Source: Candidatus Sericytochromatia bacterium (GTDB lineage: Bacteria; Cyanobacteriota; Sericytochromatia; S15B-MN24; UBA4093). From it: 64,000 nucleotides of DNA. The position numbers and the translations under genes were made by a program. Shown in pieces: positions 20,478-29,770 of the stretch (position 1 is its first letter; every line of letters starts with the position of its first letter). The DNA is taken from the NCBI GenBank assembly GCA_036676495.1, contig JAKFCT010000080.1, positions 32,001-96,000 of the forward strand. Direction: 5' to 3'. The notes below the pieces were generated by a model. That model saw only the letters and a list, made by a program, of their open reading frames with translations. It made no database searches and was not told the origin of the DNA.

Positions 20478-21764
20478 ATGGCCAACGAGATGAAAACCCA
20501 GGTGACCGAGCTCTCGCGCACGTGGGCTCAGGATGCCCGCTGGAAAGGGATCCAGCGTGACTATACCGCCGAGGATGTGGTGAAGCTGCGTCCCTCGTTG
20601 ATGGTGGAGCACACCATGGCGAAGGCCGCTTCGGAGCGGCTCTGGAAGCTCTTGACCACCCAGAAGTGCGTCAACACCTTCGGAGCCCTGACGGGCGCGC
20701 AGGCGGTCCAGATGGTGAAGGCCGGCCTTCAATCCATCTACCTGAGTGGCTGGCAGGTGGCCGCCGACAACAACATGGCCGGTCAGACCTACCCCGACCA
20801 GAGCCTCTACCCCTCCAACTCGGTGCCGATGGTGGTGAAGCGCCTCAACAACGCCTTGATGCGCGCCGACCAGATCCATCGCCTCGAGGGCAACACGGAC
20901 ACCCACTGGTACGCACCCATCATCGCGGACGCGGAGGCCGGCTTCGGCGGTCCTCTGCATGCCTTCGAGCTGATGAAGGGCATGATCGAGGCCGGAGCGG
21001 GCGGCGTCCACTTCGAGGACCAGCTCGCCAGCGAGAAGAAATGCGGTCACCTGGGCGGCAAGGTCCTGGTGCCCACCTCGCAGTTCATCCGGACGCTCCA
21101 GGGCGCGCGGCTCGCCGCCGACGTCATGGGAGTCCCCACGGTGATCATCGCCCGGACGGACGCCCTCAACGCCACCTTGCTGACCAGCGACGTGGACGTG
21201 CGCGATCGTTCCTTCCTCACCGGCGAGCGCACCCCGGAGGGCTTCTTCCGGGTCAAGGACGGCATGGAGGCGACCATCACCCGCGCGCTCTCCTACGCCC
21301 CCTACGCCGACGTCCTCTGGTTCGAGACCAGCAAGCCCGACATGCAGGAAGCCAAGATCTTCGCCGACGCCATTCACGCCCAGTTCCCCGGCAAGATCCT
21401 CGCATACAACTGCTCGCCCTCCTTCAACTGGAAGAAGCACCTCGACGACAAGCAAATCGCCCGCTTCCAGGAGGAGTTGGCGACGATGGGCTACAAGTTC
21501 CAGTTCATTACGCTGGCGGGTTGGCACCTCATCAACCTGCATACCTTCGAGCTCGCGCAGGCCTACCGCCAGAAGGGCATGACGGCCTACGTCGACTTGC
21601 AGGAGCGGGAGTTCGCCGCTGAGCCGCAAGGCTACATGGCGACCCGGCACCAGCGCGAGGTCGGCACCTCGTACTTCGACCAGGTGCTCATGGCCATCAC
21701 GGGGGGCCAGGCGTCCACGGCGGCCCTCTCCGGGTCCACGGAAGCCGCCCAGTTCCGTCGCTAG
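20478..21764 (+). CDS. aceA: Isocitrate lyase
   Basis: [36 protein letters not shown]; GAAGGAG RBS before ATG 20478. Confidence 0.97.
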   Translation: MANEMKTQVTELSRTWAQDARWKGIQRDYTAEDVVKLRPSLMVEHTMAKAASERLWKLLTTQKCVNTFGALTGAQAVQMVKAGLQSIYLSGWQVAADNNMAGQTYPDQSLYPSNSVPMVVKRLNNALMRADQIHRLEGNTDTHWYAPIIADAEAGFGGPLHAFELMKGMIEAGAGGVHFEDQLASEKKCGHLGGKVLVPTSQFIRTLQGARLAADVMGVPTVIIARTDALNATLLTSDVDVRDRSFLTGERTPEGFFRVKDGMEATITRALSYAPYADVLWFETSKPDMQEAKIFADAIHAQFPGKILAYNCSPSFNWKKHLDDKQIARFQEELATMGYKFQFITLAGWHLINLHTFELAQAYRQKGMTAYVDLQEREFAAEPQGYMATRHQREVGTSYFDQVLMAITGGQASTAALSGSTEAAQFRR

Positions 21765-21784
21765 CCACCTGATTTCCAGCCAAC

Positions 21785-21808
21785 GGAGGGTCCCCTCGGG
21801 GGCCCTCC
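21785..21808 (+). terminator. Stem-loop after aceA
   Basis: GGAGGGTCCC-ctcg-GGGGCCCTCC. No U-tract, so it may be a stabilising hairpin. Confidence 0.45.
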
Positions 21809-21827
21809 CGCGCATTCGGAGAGCCTC

Positions 21828-22328
21828 ATGACCTCCCCACCCGCGTCGTCCCGGCTGCCGGTCGGTTTGCTGGTCGTCATCACCGCCCTCCTGGCCGTCC
21901 TGGTGATCGGCCTGGTCGTCGGCGGCGTCATGGCGCTGCGCGTCCTCCCCGAGGCCATGGGCATCTTGCGCGAGATGAAGCAGGAATTGAAAGCCACGCG
22001 CCAGGCGACCCAGGAGCTCAGCGCCGAGGTCGACCGGATGAAGGCGATCGCCCAGGAGACCTCCACCGAGGCGGCTCAGCGGCAGCAGGCGTTGAAGAAA
22101 GCGATGCAGGCGCGCGCGCGCCGGACCCAGGAGCAGATGGCGGGCATCCAGCGCCGGCGCTCCAAGATTCCCGAGCCCGCCCCGTTCAATCCCCTGGCCA
22201 AGCTCGACGCGGTCATCGACCTCAACAAGATCATGGCCGACGAACTGCTGATCCTCAGCGGACACCTGGCCGACACCCAGACGGATCTGGCTGAGGCCCT
22301 GGGGCCGCTCCCCGTTCAGAAGAAATAA
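21828..22328 (+). CDS. Hypothetical membrane-anchored coiled-coil protein
   Basis: One N-terminal TM followed by a Q/E/K/A-rich helical region; codon usage typical of the window. Confidence 0.7.
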   Translation: MTSPPASSRLPVGLLVVITALLAVLVIGLVVGGVMALRVLPEAMGILREMKQELKATRQATQELSAEVDRMKAIAQETSTEAAQRQQALKKAMQARARRTQEQMAGIQRRRSKIPEPAPFNPLAKLDAVIDLNKIMADELLILSGHLADTQTDLAEALGPLPVQKK

Positions 22329-22386
22329 CCCGGCAGAAATAGCCCGGTGCTATCGAACTCGCCTGCGCGAGAGACGGCGCCCGGCG

Positions 22387-24666
22387 CTAGCCGGCGTGGT
22401 CGGGAAGCTCGGGCTGGTCGAGGATCACCTCGATCTCGCGGGCCTCGTCCTTGCCGAGGTCCACCACCCAGAGCGAGCGGGTATGCGTGCCGTCGGAGAC
22501 GGTCAGGTGATGCTGCCCGATATCCACGTTCTCGAAGTCCCAGGTGCCCTTCTCGTCCGTCAGGCCCATGGTCCGCACGTTCAAGGTGGCGGTGCCGTTG
22601 GGAACGGCCTCTCCCGAGCGATAGCGAAGCTTGACCGTGAGCCTCGCGGAGGCTGCCTTCGGGGGCTGCAGGCCCTGGAAGATCGCATAAGCCGCCTCGC
22701 GGGCCTGGGCGAGCGAGAGGCGGGCGTCGAAGCGGTCGAGCGGACCGGGGACGACCGTGACGGACGGGCAGGCGGGATGGATGAGCACGTAGCTCGAATA
22801 GGGCTTCGTGGCTCCCTTGGCGCCGGTCGCGCGCTCCAGGGCTCCGCGGATGGCCTCCGAGAGCTGCTTGCCCTTGGCGCTGGTGGGGTAGTGCTCGATC
22901 CGGAAGTCGTCCTCGCCTTCGGCGTTGAGCGCGACCGTCAGGAAGAGGGTGGCGCCGACCTCGTTGGCGAGCCGCACGCGCTGGATGTCGCTGACCATGT
23001 CGTCGCGTTCGCGCGTGAGCACGACGTTGGCTCCCGAGCCTTCCAGGTATTCGCGCAGGGCGTCGGCGATCTGCCAGTTCAGGGCGGAGGCCTGGTAGGC
23101 CCGCGCCGAGACGGGGCCGCGCTCGTCGCCGCCGCCGGCGGGGTTGATGACGATGACCTGATCGTGGAACGCTCCCGCATGGACCGGCTCCATCTGGAGG
23201 TCGACGAAGGCCTTCTGGCGCAGACCGTAGGTCAGCGGCTTGTAGCCGGGGCGTTCGACCCGCAGTTCGGAAAGCTTCGCCGGGACGTCGGTGAACCAGA
23301 AGTAGCCGTCCTCGTTGGAGGTGGCGGTGAAGCGCTGGGTCGGTCCCACGGCCATGACCTGGGCTCCGGGGATGATCTTGCCGTCGCGGGTGGAGACGTA
23401 GCCCATCAAGGCGGGCTTGGCGATCGCCTCGAAGCCGAGCGACGCCGTGGCATTGCCGGTGGCGGCCGTGGCGGTGACGCGCTTGGCCTTTGCGGGTTCG
23501 ACGTTCTCGAGGTAGTTGACCGACTTGCCGCCCGAGGTCACGGTGGCGGAACGGTAGAATTGGCCGGCGGAGGTCGTCCAGGTCACCAACGTGCCATCGG
23601 CGACGGGGTTGCCGTTGGCGTCGTCGAAGCGGGCGACCAGGGGCATCCTTCCGCTCGGAGGCGGCGCGCCCAGCGGGTTGGCGAGGGTGGCGCGGGTGGC
23701 GGGGTTGTTGACGGTGACGAGGGCTTCGGCCTTGGGCGAGGTGTTGCCCTTCACGTTGCGGAAGCTGAGCGTGACGACGTGACTGCCGTTGGTGAGGGGC
23801 TCAGAGGGCTGATAGATGACCGAGCCCGTGACCGGATCGAAGCTGACGGGAACCTTCTTGCCGTCGAGGGTCATGACGATGGAGGCCGGGACCACCGGCG
23901 AGCCGTCCCCGTCGAGCTGGGCGGCGATCACCGGTCGGGCCGGGTCGGATCCTTCCTGCTTGGCGAAGTCCATGACCTTGGGAAGCCCGTTCTTGAAGTA
24001 GTCGGCGATGCCCAGAAAGTAGGACTGGGCTTCGAGCTGGATGGCGGCGGGCTGGCCGAGTTTGCGCTCGACGTCGGGGTGGCTGATGTAGGAGGCTTCG
24101 CCGAGGATGGCGGGGGCCTTCGAGTAGCGAAGCAGGAAGTAGTTGCCGGGGGCGAGCCGCTCCTTGGGCATGGCGAGGTTGCGGATCAGGCGGCGGTGGA
24201 TGCTCGCGCCGAGCTCGTAGGAGGGGCCGGCGTCGTCCATCTTGTAGTAGGTCTGGGTCTCGTCGAGCTGGTTCTTCGGCTCGAGGGTGGCGTTATGGTG
24301 AAGCGAGAGGAAGAGATCCGCGTTCTGGGCGTTGGCGAAGGTGACCCGGTCGGGAAGGCTCATGTCCTGGTCCTTGTCGCGGGTCAGGACGACCTCAGCG
24401 CCGGCCTGCCGCAGCAGCTTCGCCAGCTCCAGGGTGACCGCGAGGTTGACGTCCTTTTCCTTGAGGCCGCCGGGGCCCACCGCGCCGGGCTCCTTGCCGC
24501 CGTGGCCGGCGTCGAGCACGATCCGGCGGCCTGCGAGGCCTTGCCAATCCGTGGAGGGAAGCGCGTCGCGAAGCGCGGAGTAGGTGGCGCCGTCTGCACC
24601 TTTGGCATGAGCGCAGCCGCTCAGGGCCGCGGCGAGGAGAATCATGAGCAGGCGGTTATGGAGCAC
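22387..24666 (-). CDS. N-acetylmuramoyl-L-alanine amidase lipoprotein with two Amidase_3 domains (second degenerate) and Ig-like spacers
   Basis: Lipobox LSGC. Domain 1: LDAGHGG, EKDVN, SLHHNA, LGEASY. Domain 2: INPAGGG, TVALNA. Confidence 0.88.
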   Translation of the reverse strand: MLHNRLLMILLAAALSGCAHAKGADGATYSALRDALPSTDWQGLAGRRIVLDAGHGGKEPGAVGPGGLKEKDVNLAVTLELAKLLRQAGAEVVLTRDKDQDMSLPDRVTFANAQNADLFLSLHHNATLEPKNQLDETQTYYKMDDAGPSYELGASIHRRLIRNLAMPKERLAPGNYFLLRYSKAPAILGEASYISHPDVERKLGQPAAIQLEAQSYFLGIADYFKNGLPKVMDFAKQEGSDPARPVIAAQLDGDGSPVVPASIVMTLDGKKVPVSFDPVTGSVIYQPSEPLTNGSHVVTLSFRNVKGNTSPKAEALVTVNNPATRATLANPLGAPPPSGRMPLVARFDDANGNPVADGTLVTWTTSAGQFYRSATVTSGGKSVNYLENVEPAKAKRVTATAATGNATASLGFEAIAKPALMGYVSTRDGKIIPGAQVMAVGPTQRFTATSNEDGYFWFTDVPAKLSELRVERPGYKPLTYGLRQKAFVDLQMEPVHAGAFHDQVIVINPAGGGDERGPVSARAYQASALNWQIADALREYLEGSGANVVLTRERDDMVSDIQRVRLANEVGATLFLTVALNAEGEDDFRIEHYPTSAKGKQLSEAIRGALERATGAKGATKPYSSYVLIHPACPSVTVVPGPLDRFDARLSLAQAREAAYAIFQGLQPPKAASARLTVKLRYRSGEAVPNGTATLNVRTMGLTDEKGTWDFENVDIGQHHLTVSDGTHTRSLWVVDLGKDEAREIEVILDQPELPDHAG

Positions 24667-24777
24667 GCGTAAATCCTCAAGGCATGGGCGTCGCTTCAGG
24701 GCGGCGTCGCGATTGCTGGACTGAGGACTGTATACCCGTCCCAGGGACGGGAATCAACCACGCGTCGCGGAGGGGCC

Positions 24778-26220
24778 TTACGCCTGGGGCATGGCGGCGA
24801 TCAGGTGCCGCTGCAACTCCTGGAGGGAGACCTCTTCCTCGCGGCCCCAGGGGTTGGTGATGCTGACCGTGCCGCTTTCGGCGTCGTAGCCGGTGACGAG
24901 CAGGTAGTGGGGGCTGGTGTTTGATACGCCGTCTCCGTCCACGCTGTAGTTGACGAGGACGGGAACCTCGCGTCCCGGTTCGGCCTTCGCGAGGGCCGCC
25001 TCGAACTCCGGGCTGACGCGATCGCTCATGAGCGAGTAGGTGACGCCGTAAGAGCGTCCCGTCATGCCTTCGACCAGCTTGACCATCTCCGTGGGGAGCA
25101 TGCCGGGGATGTCGACCTTGAGCGGCCCCACGCTGACCTGGCGGCTGTCCTTGACGTTGCTGTAATCGAACCGGCCGTTCGCGTACTCCATCAGGGCCGA
25201 CTGGAAGAGGCGGTTCGCGACCGAGCGGCGATCGCCGTCCACGTCGTTCCAGTCCGCTTCCCGGTGGATCTCGTCGCCGTTCTGGAGCTTGACGGAGCCC
25301 TCGGGCGAAGCGAGGCCGGCCGCCACGCGCACGTACTCGGCGGGCTCTTGCATCGCAAGGACCACCTGTCCGGTGGTGGGGCCGCAGGTGTTCTGCTGCT
25401 CCTGACTCACATTGATAGGATCCTCCACCTGGGACAGCACGTCAGCGAGCAGGTCTTGCCGGTCGATGCCATCGGCGAGGGGCTGAGAGGCCAGTGCGGA
25501 GAGGTTGGCGAGCAGGCTCTTGCCGGTCGCGAGGTCGTTACCGCCGGGCAGGCGACCGTCCAGTAAGAGATTGCGCAGCTTGAGGCGGGCGACGGGGTCG
25601 GAGTCGAGCTGGGACGCCACGGCCTTGAAGGAGTCGCGGTCCTCGGGCTTCAGCTTCTGCAAAGCCTCCTGCTCGTCGGCGTCGGTTTCTTTCAGGCGCG
25701 CACGGGCGGCGGACGGCGTCACGGCTTCCGGCTCGCGGACGACCTTGGTCTGGAACTTCTCGAAGAAGCCGTTGGTGGCCTTGTTGAGCTGGCCGCCGGC
25801 CCAGGAGATGAAGTCCGAGGCGGCGCGTTTCATCTTGCCGAAGAGGTCGCCGAAGAAGCCCTTGACGGCGTTGTAGGCCGAGGCGATTCCGTCGAGGCCC
25901 TTCTGGAGGAGGGAGTCGTCGTCTCTTGCGGGCTTCGGCTCGGCGAGCGCTTTCGCGAGGGCCTCGAAGCCGGCCTCGGTGTCGATCTGGTCGGCCTGGT
26001 TCGCGGCCGCGGCGTAGGCGCGATTGAGCACGTCGCGCTGGCGCTCGTCGGCGCTTTGATAGGGGATGGACTTCGAGAACTCCGATCGGTCGAGCTTGCC
26101 GTCGCCGTTGGTGTCCAGGCGTTTGAGCTCGTCGACCTTGGTCAGCGACGAATCCTTTGCCGGCTCGGCCGATTGGCGCTGGAGCGGAAGCTTGTCCGCG
26201 ACTTTGTTTTCGATACGCAT
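24778..26220 (-). CDS. EF-hand + C-terminal papain-like (C39-like) cysteine peptidase, no signal peptide
   Basis: EF-hand DTNGDGKLDRSE; QEQQNTCGPTT, PHYLLVTGYD, TNPWG triad motifs. Start MRIENK. Confidence 0.75.
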   Translation of the reverse strand: MRIENKVADKLPLQRQSAEPAKDSSLTKVDELKRLDTNGDGKLDRSEFSKSIPYQSADERQRDVLNRAYAAAANQADQIDTEAGFEALAKALAEPKPARDDDSLLQKGLDGIASAYNAVKGFFGDLFGKMKRAASDFISWAGGQLNKATNGFFEKFQTKVVREPEAVTPSAARARLKETDADEQEALQKLKPEDRDSFKAVASQLDSDPVARLKLRNLLLDGRLPGGNDLATGKSLLANLSALASQPLADGIDRQDLLADVLSQVEDPINVSQEQQNTCGPTTGQVVLAMQEPAEYVRVAAGLASPEGSVKLQNGDEIHREADWNDVDGDRRSVANRLFQSALMEYANGRFDYSNVKDSRQVSVGPLKVDIPGMLPTEMVKLVEGMTGRSYGVTYSLMSDRVSPEFEAALAKAEPGREVPVLVNYSVDGDGVSNTSPHYLLVTGYDAESGTVSITNPWGREEEVSLQELQRHLIAAMPQA

Positions 26221-26475
26221 CGGCGATCCCCCCCGGCGACATGACGGCTGCTTATTGCATGTATTATGCCCAGCTACCCGAGCAAACTGGTGTGCGCAGG
26301 CCAAATCTCCCGGGAAGCGGGGAGGGGGACGGGCCGCAACGCCCCTGGTGACGCGGGCGAGCGTGAAGTTCGAAAGAAAGTGCTATGAGTCCGGAGTTTA
26401 GTCCAGTCCATTTTTCGCGGGCATGACGTACGCTTTTTCGTCGGAGTCGCTGTTCTGGCTGAAGCGAGGTCTGAC

Positions 26476-27528
26476 GTGGTTCGAAAAGGGTACGCCCGCC
26501 TCTTGGTCGCGTGGGGCGTCGCGTTGATGACGGCAGGATGTCCGGGAGCGGCCCCGGAGCTCGCCGCCCTGGACATCACGCGGGTGGCCAAGGTTTCGGT
26601 GGATCAGGGCACCTCCAAGGTGATGGGGACCGTTCGGCTCCCGGCAGGGGCCTTGGATACGCTGGCGACCGATCCTCAGCGCTGGGTCTTCGTGGAGGGG
26701 GCGACGGTCGCGCTCGAGGATGGGAGCGGCAATCCGTTTCCTGGTTTGTCGCGCGTACGGACGGATGCCTCCGGCGCCTTTTCGCTCGATGGGGTTCCCC
26801 GGGGCGTATCCGTCCGGGTTCGGGTGAGCCTCGAGGCCGGGGACCGGATCTTCCGCATGCAGAAGCTGCTCCGGCCCGGTGAGCCGCTGAGTTGCTCCCA
26901 TGTGGACCTGGCGACGACCGTGGTAGCGGACAAGCTGCTGAGCGGCTCGCCGCTGATCCTGCATGACCCGGGGCTCCAGGGGGCCGAACTCGTCGAACTC
27001 TTCAAGCCTGAAGCGCTTGAGGACGTGGAAGCCACGGTCCGGCAGTGGATCGTCGGCAACCCGAGCGATCCGGAGATCTGGCGAGCCGGTTTGTCGCAAG
27101 GGGGCCTTGCTGATCGCTTCGATGCGATCGCCCAGCAGGTTTCCGGTCTGGCCCAGGCTTACCATGGCGTGTTCGATCGGGCGGATAGCTCCTTGACGGT
27201 GCGGATCGCGGCCGTCGGAACGAACATGGTCGGCCAGGCCCCGGACATCCCGTCGGTTTCGGGGATCTTGACCTTCCAGGTCAGCGAGGCGCCGGCCGGG
27301 ACCGAGCGGGTCGAGTACTGGATGCTCGGGAACGGCGTCCGTCAAAAGGTCGGCGAGGGGACCGAGCCCATTGCCTACAAGGTGACGTTCGATTCTTGGG
27401 GCCTGCGCGACGGCTCCTATTCCCTGGTTCCCGTGGTCGTGGGGCGCGACGGCTCGCGCCAGATGCTTAACAACTACCGTTTGATGGTCGACAATTCCGT
27501 CGCGACGCAGTGTCCGTTGCCGCGGTGA
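26476..27528 (+). CDS. Lipoprotein with prealbumin/CarboxypepD-like and C-terminal Ig-like domains
   Basis: Lipobox TAGC; VEGATVAL...RTDASGAFSL; FDSWGLRDGSYSL...VDN. Confidence 0.7.
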   Translation: MVRKGYARLLVAWGVALMTAGCPGAAPELAALDITRVAKVSVDQGTSKVMGTVRLPAGALDTLATDPQRWVFVEGATVALEDGSGNPFPGLSRVRTDASGAFSLDGVPRGVSVRVRVSLEAGDRIFRMQKLLRPGEPLSCSHVDLATTVVADKLLSGSPLILHDPGLQGAELVELFKPEALEDVEATVRQWIVGNPSDPEIWRAGLSQGGLADRFDAIAQQVSGLAQAYHGVFDRADSSLTVRIAAVGTNMVGQAPDIPSVSGILTFQVSEAPAGTERVEYWMLGNGVRQKVGEGTEPIAYKVTFDSWGLRDGSYSLVPVVVGRDGSRQMLNNYRLMVDNSVATQCPLPR

Positions 27529-27540
27529 CGAGGAGGCTCG

Positions 27541-28434
27541 ATGCGTTTTTCACGATACCTGGTCCTTTCTTTGGCCCTCTCGCTGACGGCCTGCGCCCCT
27601 TCGGGCGGTCTGGCGCCCGTTCGCTTCCTCGATGCCGGTGAGGCGCGCCTGCTGGGGGTGATGTCGGATCAGGCCCGCGTCCTGGTGAGCGTTCAGGATG
27701 AGCGAAAGGCCGCTTATCGCGTGCAGGCGGGCGGAAGCCATTCAGTGCGCCTGACCCTGAGCAATGCGGCCCAGGGGATCAATCCCGGCAAGACGGATGC
27801 GCGCTTCGTGAAGGATTTCGATCTGACGGCGCAGGATCAGACCCTCACGGCCTTCAATGCGTTGCGTCCCGAAACGGGTTACGAGCTCGGAGTGGAGTGG
27901 CGTGATGGCGCCACCCTGATGGGCTCGGGCCGCGCCGCGGATATCGCGTTGACCGCCGGGCAGACGACCATGGTGAACGTCGTCATCAACCAGCATGGGA
28001 ACATCGCCCTCGCATACTCCAATGTCGGCAATCCGCTCGCGGACAAGCTCGTCGTCCTGGGCGACACGGTCCGCTTCGGGACCGGCTTCTCGGGAATCTC
28101 TTCCTCGGCCGTGGCCTTGGTCAAGACCTTCAAGGTCACCCTTGGTCCTGAGCTCTTCGCGGATAACCAGCCCCGGGTCATGACCAAGTCGGTCACGCAG
28201 CTCTCCGACTTCTCCCAGTTCGACTGGAATACCGCCGTCACGGATCTCAGCGCCACCTGGGGAGCGGGCGCGGATTCCTTGAACTACAAGGCCTTGAACA
28301 CCCCGACCAACACGAACGTGACCTTCCAGCTCTTGGATACGAACGGGAAGCTGATCGGCGAGTCGGAGATCTCCATCAAGGCCGTCAGCGGGGCGGGGCT
28401 CGGCGTGAACCTCCACCTGCCCCAGACCCTCTAG
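27541..28434 (+). CDS. Beta-rich lipoprotein of unknown function
   Basis: GAGGAGG RBS, lipobox LTAC, T/N/S-rich beta-strand pattern. Confidence 0.78.
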   Translation: MRFSRYLVLSLALSLTACAPSGGLAPVRFLDAGEARLLGVMSDQARVLVSVQDERKAAYRVQAGGSHSVRLTLSNAAQGINPGKTDARFVKDFDLTAQDQTLTAFNALRPETGYELGVEWRDGATLMGSGRAADIALTAGQTTMVNVVINQHGNIALAYSNVGNPLADKLVVLGDTVRFGTGFSGISSSAVALVKTFKVTLGPELFADNQPRVMTKSVTQLSDFSQFDWNTAVTDLSATWGAGADSLNYKALNTPTNTNVTFQLLDTNGKLIGESEISIKAVSGAGLGVNLHLPQTL

Positions 28435-28438
28435 CGCC

Positions 28439-29767
28439 ATGCGGCATCTTGCTCTCGCCCTGGGGGCACTCGGTCTCCTCGTCCAGCCCTTGAATGCAGT
28501 CTCGGCCCAGCCGGTCGAGATTCGCGGCAAGGGGAAGCCCTTCGGGTTTGACGCGCGTACTCAGACCGTCTCGCTGCCCCTGGTGCAGCCCGGACCTCGG
28601 TATCGTTTGCCCGAAGGATCGGCGGCCAGTCGCTTGCCTCTGGATGGCACCTCTACGCTGCCGGGCATGAGCGTACATGCGGATGGTCCCTACGTCGCCT
28701 ACGTGGAGGTCGATTCCCGGCTCATCTCCCCATCGTATCGGCACTGGACCTCCTCGATGAACCTCTCTCAGGGACTCGTCGAGCGGGTGCTCGTGGCCAA
28801 GAACCGGCCTGGCATCGTCCGGATCGCCATCCGGGCCCGCGAGCCCATCCGCTTGCAGACGCACCTCGAGCGGCATGGCGAGACCTGGCGGCTCGCGGTT
28901 CGTCCCATCTCGCGACCCGCGCCGAGCGTCGAGCCCGTCGCGGCGCCTCAGCCCGTTTCGGTCGTGCCTGAGACCGTCGAGCCGACTCCAGAGCCGCTGC
29001 CGAGTCCGGAACTCCAACCGATCGCGTCAGCCGAGCGGGAGCCGATCCTTCCGAGCGCGGCGCCGGTCCCGCTTCCCGAGCCCCTCCGCACCCCGGAAGC
29101 CGCCCATGAGGCGCGCTCGCGCTTCGAGCTGCGGCGCCGGATCATCAGCCTCGCCGAGGACGTCCCGCGCGGCGGGGCCAACGGCATCGAGGCCGCGGGC
29201 CTCGGGGCCTGGGAACTCGACTGGCTCCACGCCTGGACTCCCCGGCTCGCCTCCCGCTTGCGTCTGGGGCTCTGGGACGCCTACACGATCCAGGATCTCG
29301 ACCTGCCGAACTCCACGCACGAGCGCTTTCCCGCTGAACTCTCGGTGGCCTTGCAAACGGAGTCCGCCTGGGGCGCCTTGCGCCTGTCTCCGTATGCAGG
29401 AGCCACCTTGCGCCGGGTCCAGGTGGTCAACTCGTTCGAGAGCCTGGCTCCCATGTACGTCTTCTCCAGTCAGGCCGCCTACTTCGGTCCCGAAATCGGC
29501 AGCCATGCGGCACTCCCCCTCTGGGGCCCGCTGAACCTGGTCGGGACGGCCTTCGTTCGCCCCGTCACCTGGCTGTGGCTCGATCCGGGAGTGCCCTCGG
29601 TCGGCCCGCTGATGGGAGCGGGAGGAACGCTCGGCCTGGAGCTGACTCAAGGCCCCTTGCTAGCACGCCTGGAGCTGGGCTCGGAAGTGCTGCGGGGCAT
29701 GACCACGCGATTCAGACAGGATTTCTGGCCGCCTAGCCTCGGCCTGTCCGTCGGCTATCGGTACTAG
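28439..29767 (+). CDS. Secreted protein: AMIN-like domain + Pro-rich linker + C-terminal outer-membrane beta-barrel
   Basis: Sec signal ending AVSA; VERVLVAKNRPGIVRIAI; amphipathic strands ending LGLSVGYRY. Confidence 0.7.
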   Translation: MRHLALALGALGLLVQPLNAVSAQPVEIRGKGKPFGFDARTQTVSLPLVQPGPRYRLPEGSAASRLPLDGTSTLPGMSVHADGPYVAYVEVDSRLISPSYRHWTSSMNLSQGLVERVLVAKNRPGIVRIAIRAREPIRLQTHLERHGETWRLAVRPISRPAPSVEPVAAPQPVSVVPETVEPTPEPLPSPELQPIASAEREPILPSAAPVPLPEPLRTPEAAHEARSRFELRRRIISLAEDVPRGGANGIEAAGLGAWELDWLHAWTPRLASRLRLGLWDAYTIQDLDLPNSTHERFPAELSVALQTESAWGALRLSPYAGATLRRVQVVNSFESLAPMYVFSSQAAYFGPEIGSHAALPLWGPLNLVGTAFVRPVTWLWLDPGVPSVGPLMGAGGTLGLELTQGPLLARLELGSEVLRGMTTRFRQDFWPPSLGLSVGYRY

Positions 29768-29770
29768 GGA

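Noticed and set aside
22396-24672. Long antisense or alternative-frame ORFs (also 53936-56347, 33922-36486, 47063-48988, 40874-42616 and others)
   Set aside because: Shadow ORFs expected at high GC, overlapping genes with clear family motifs.
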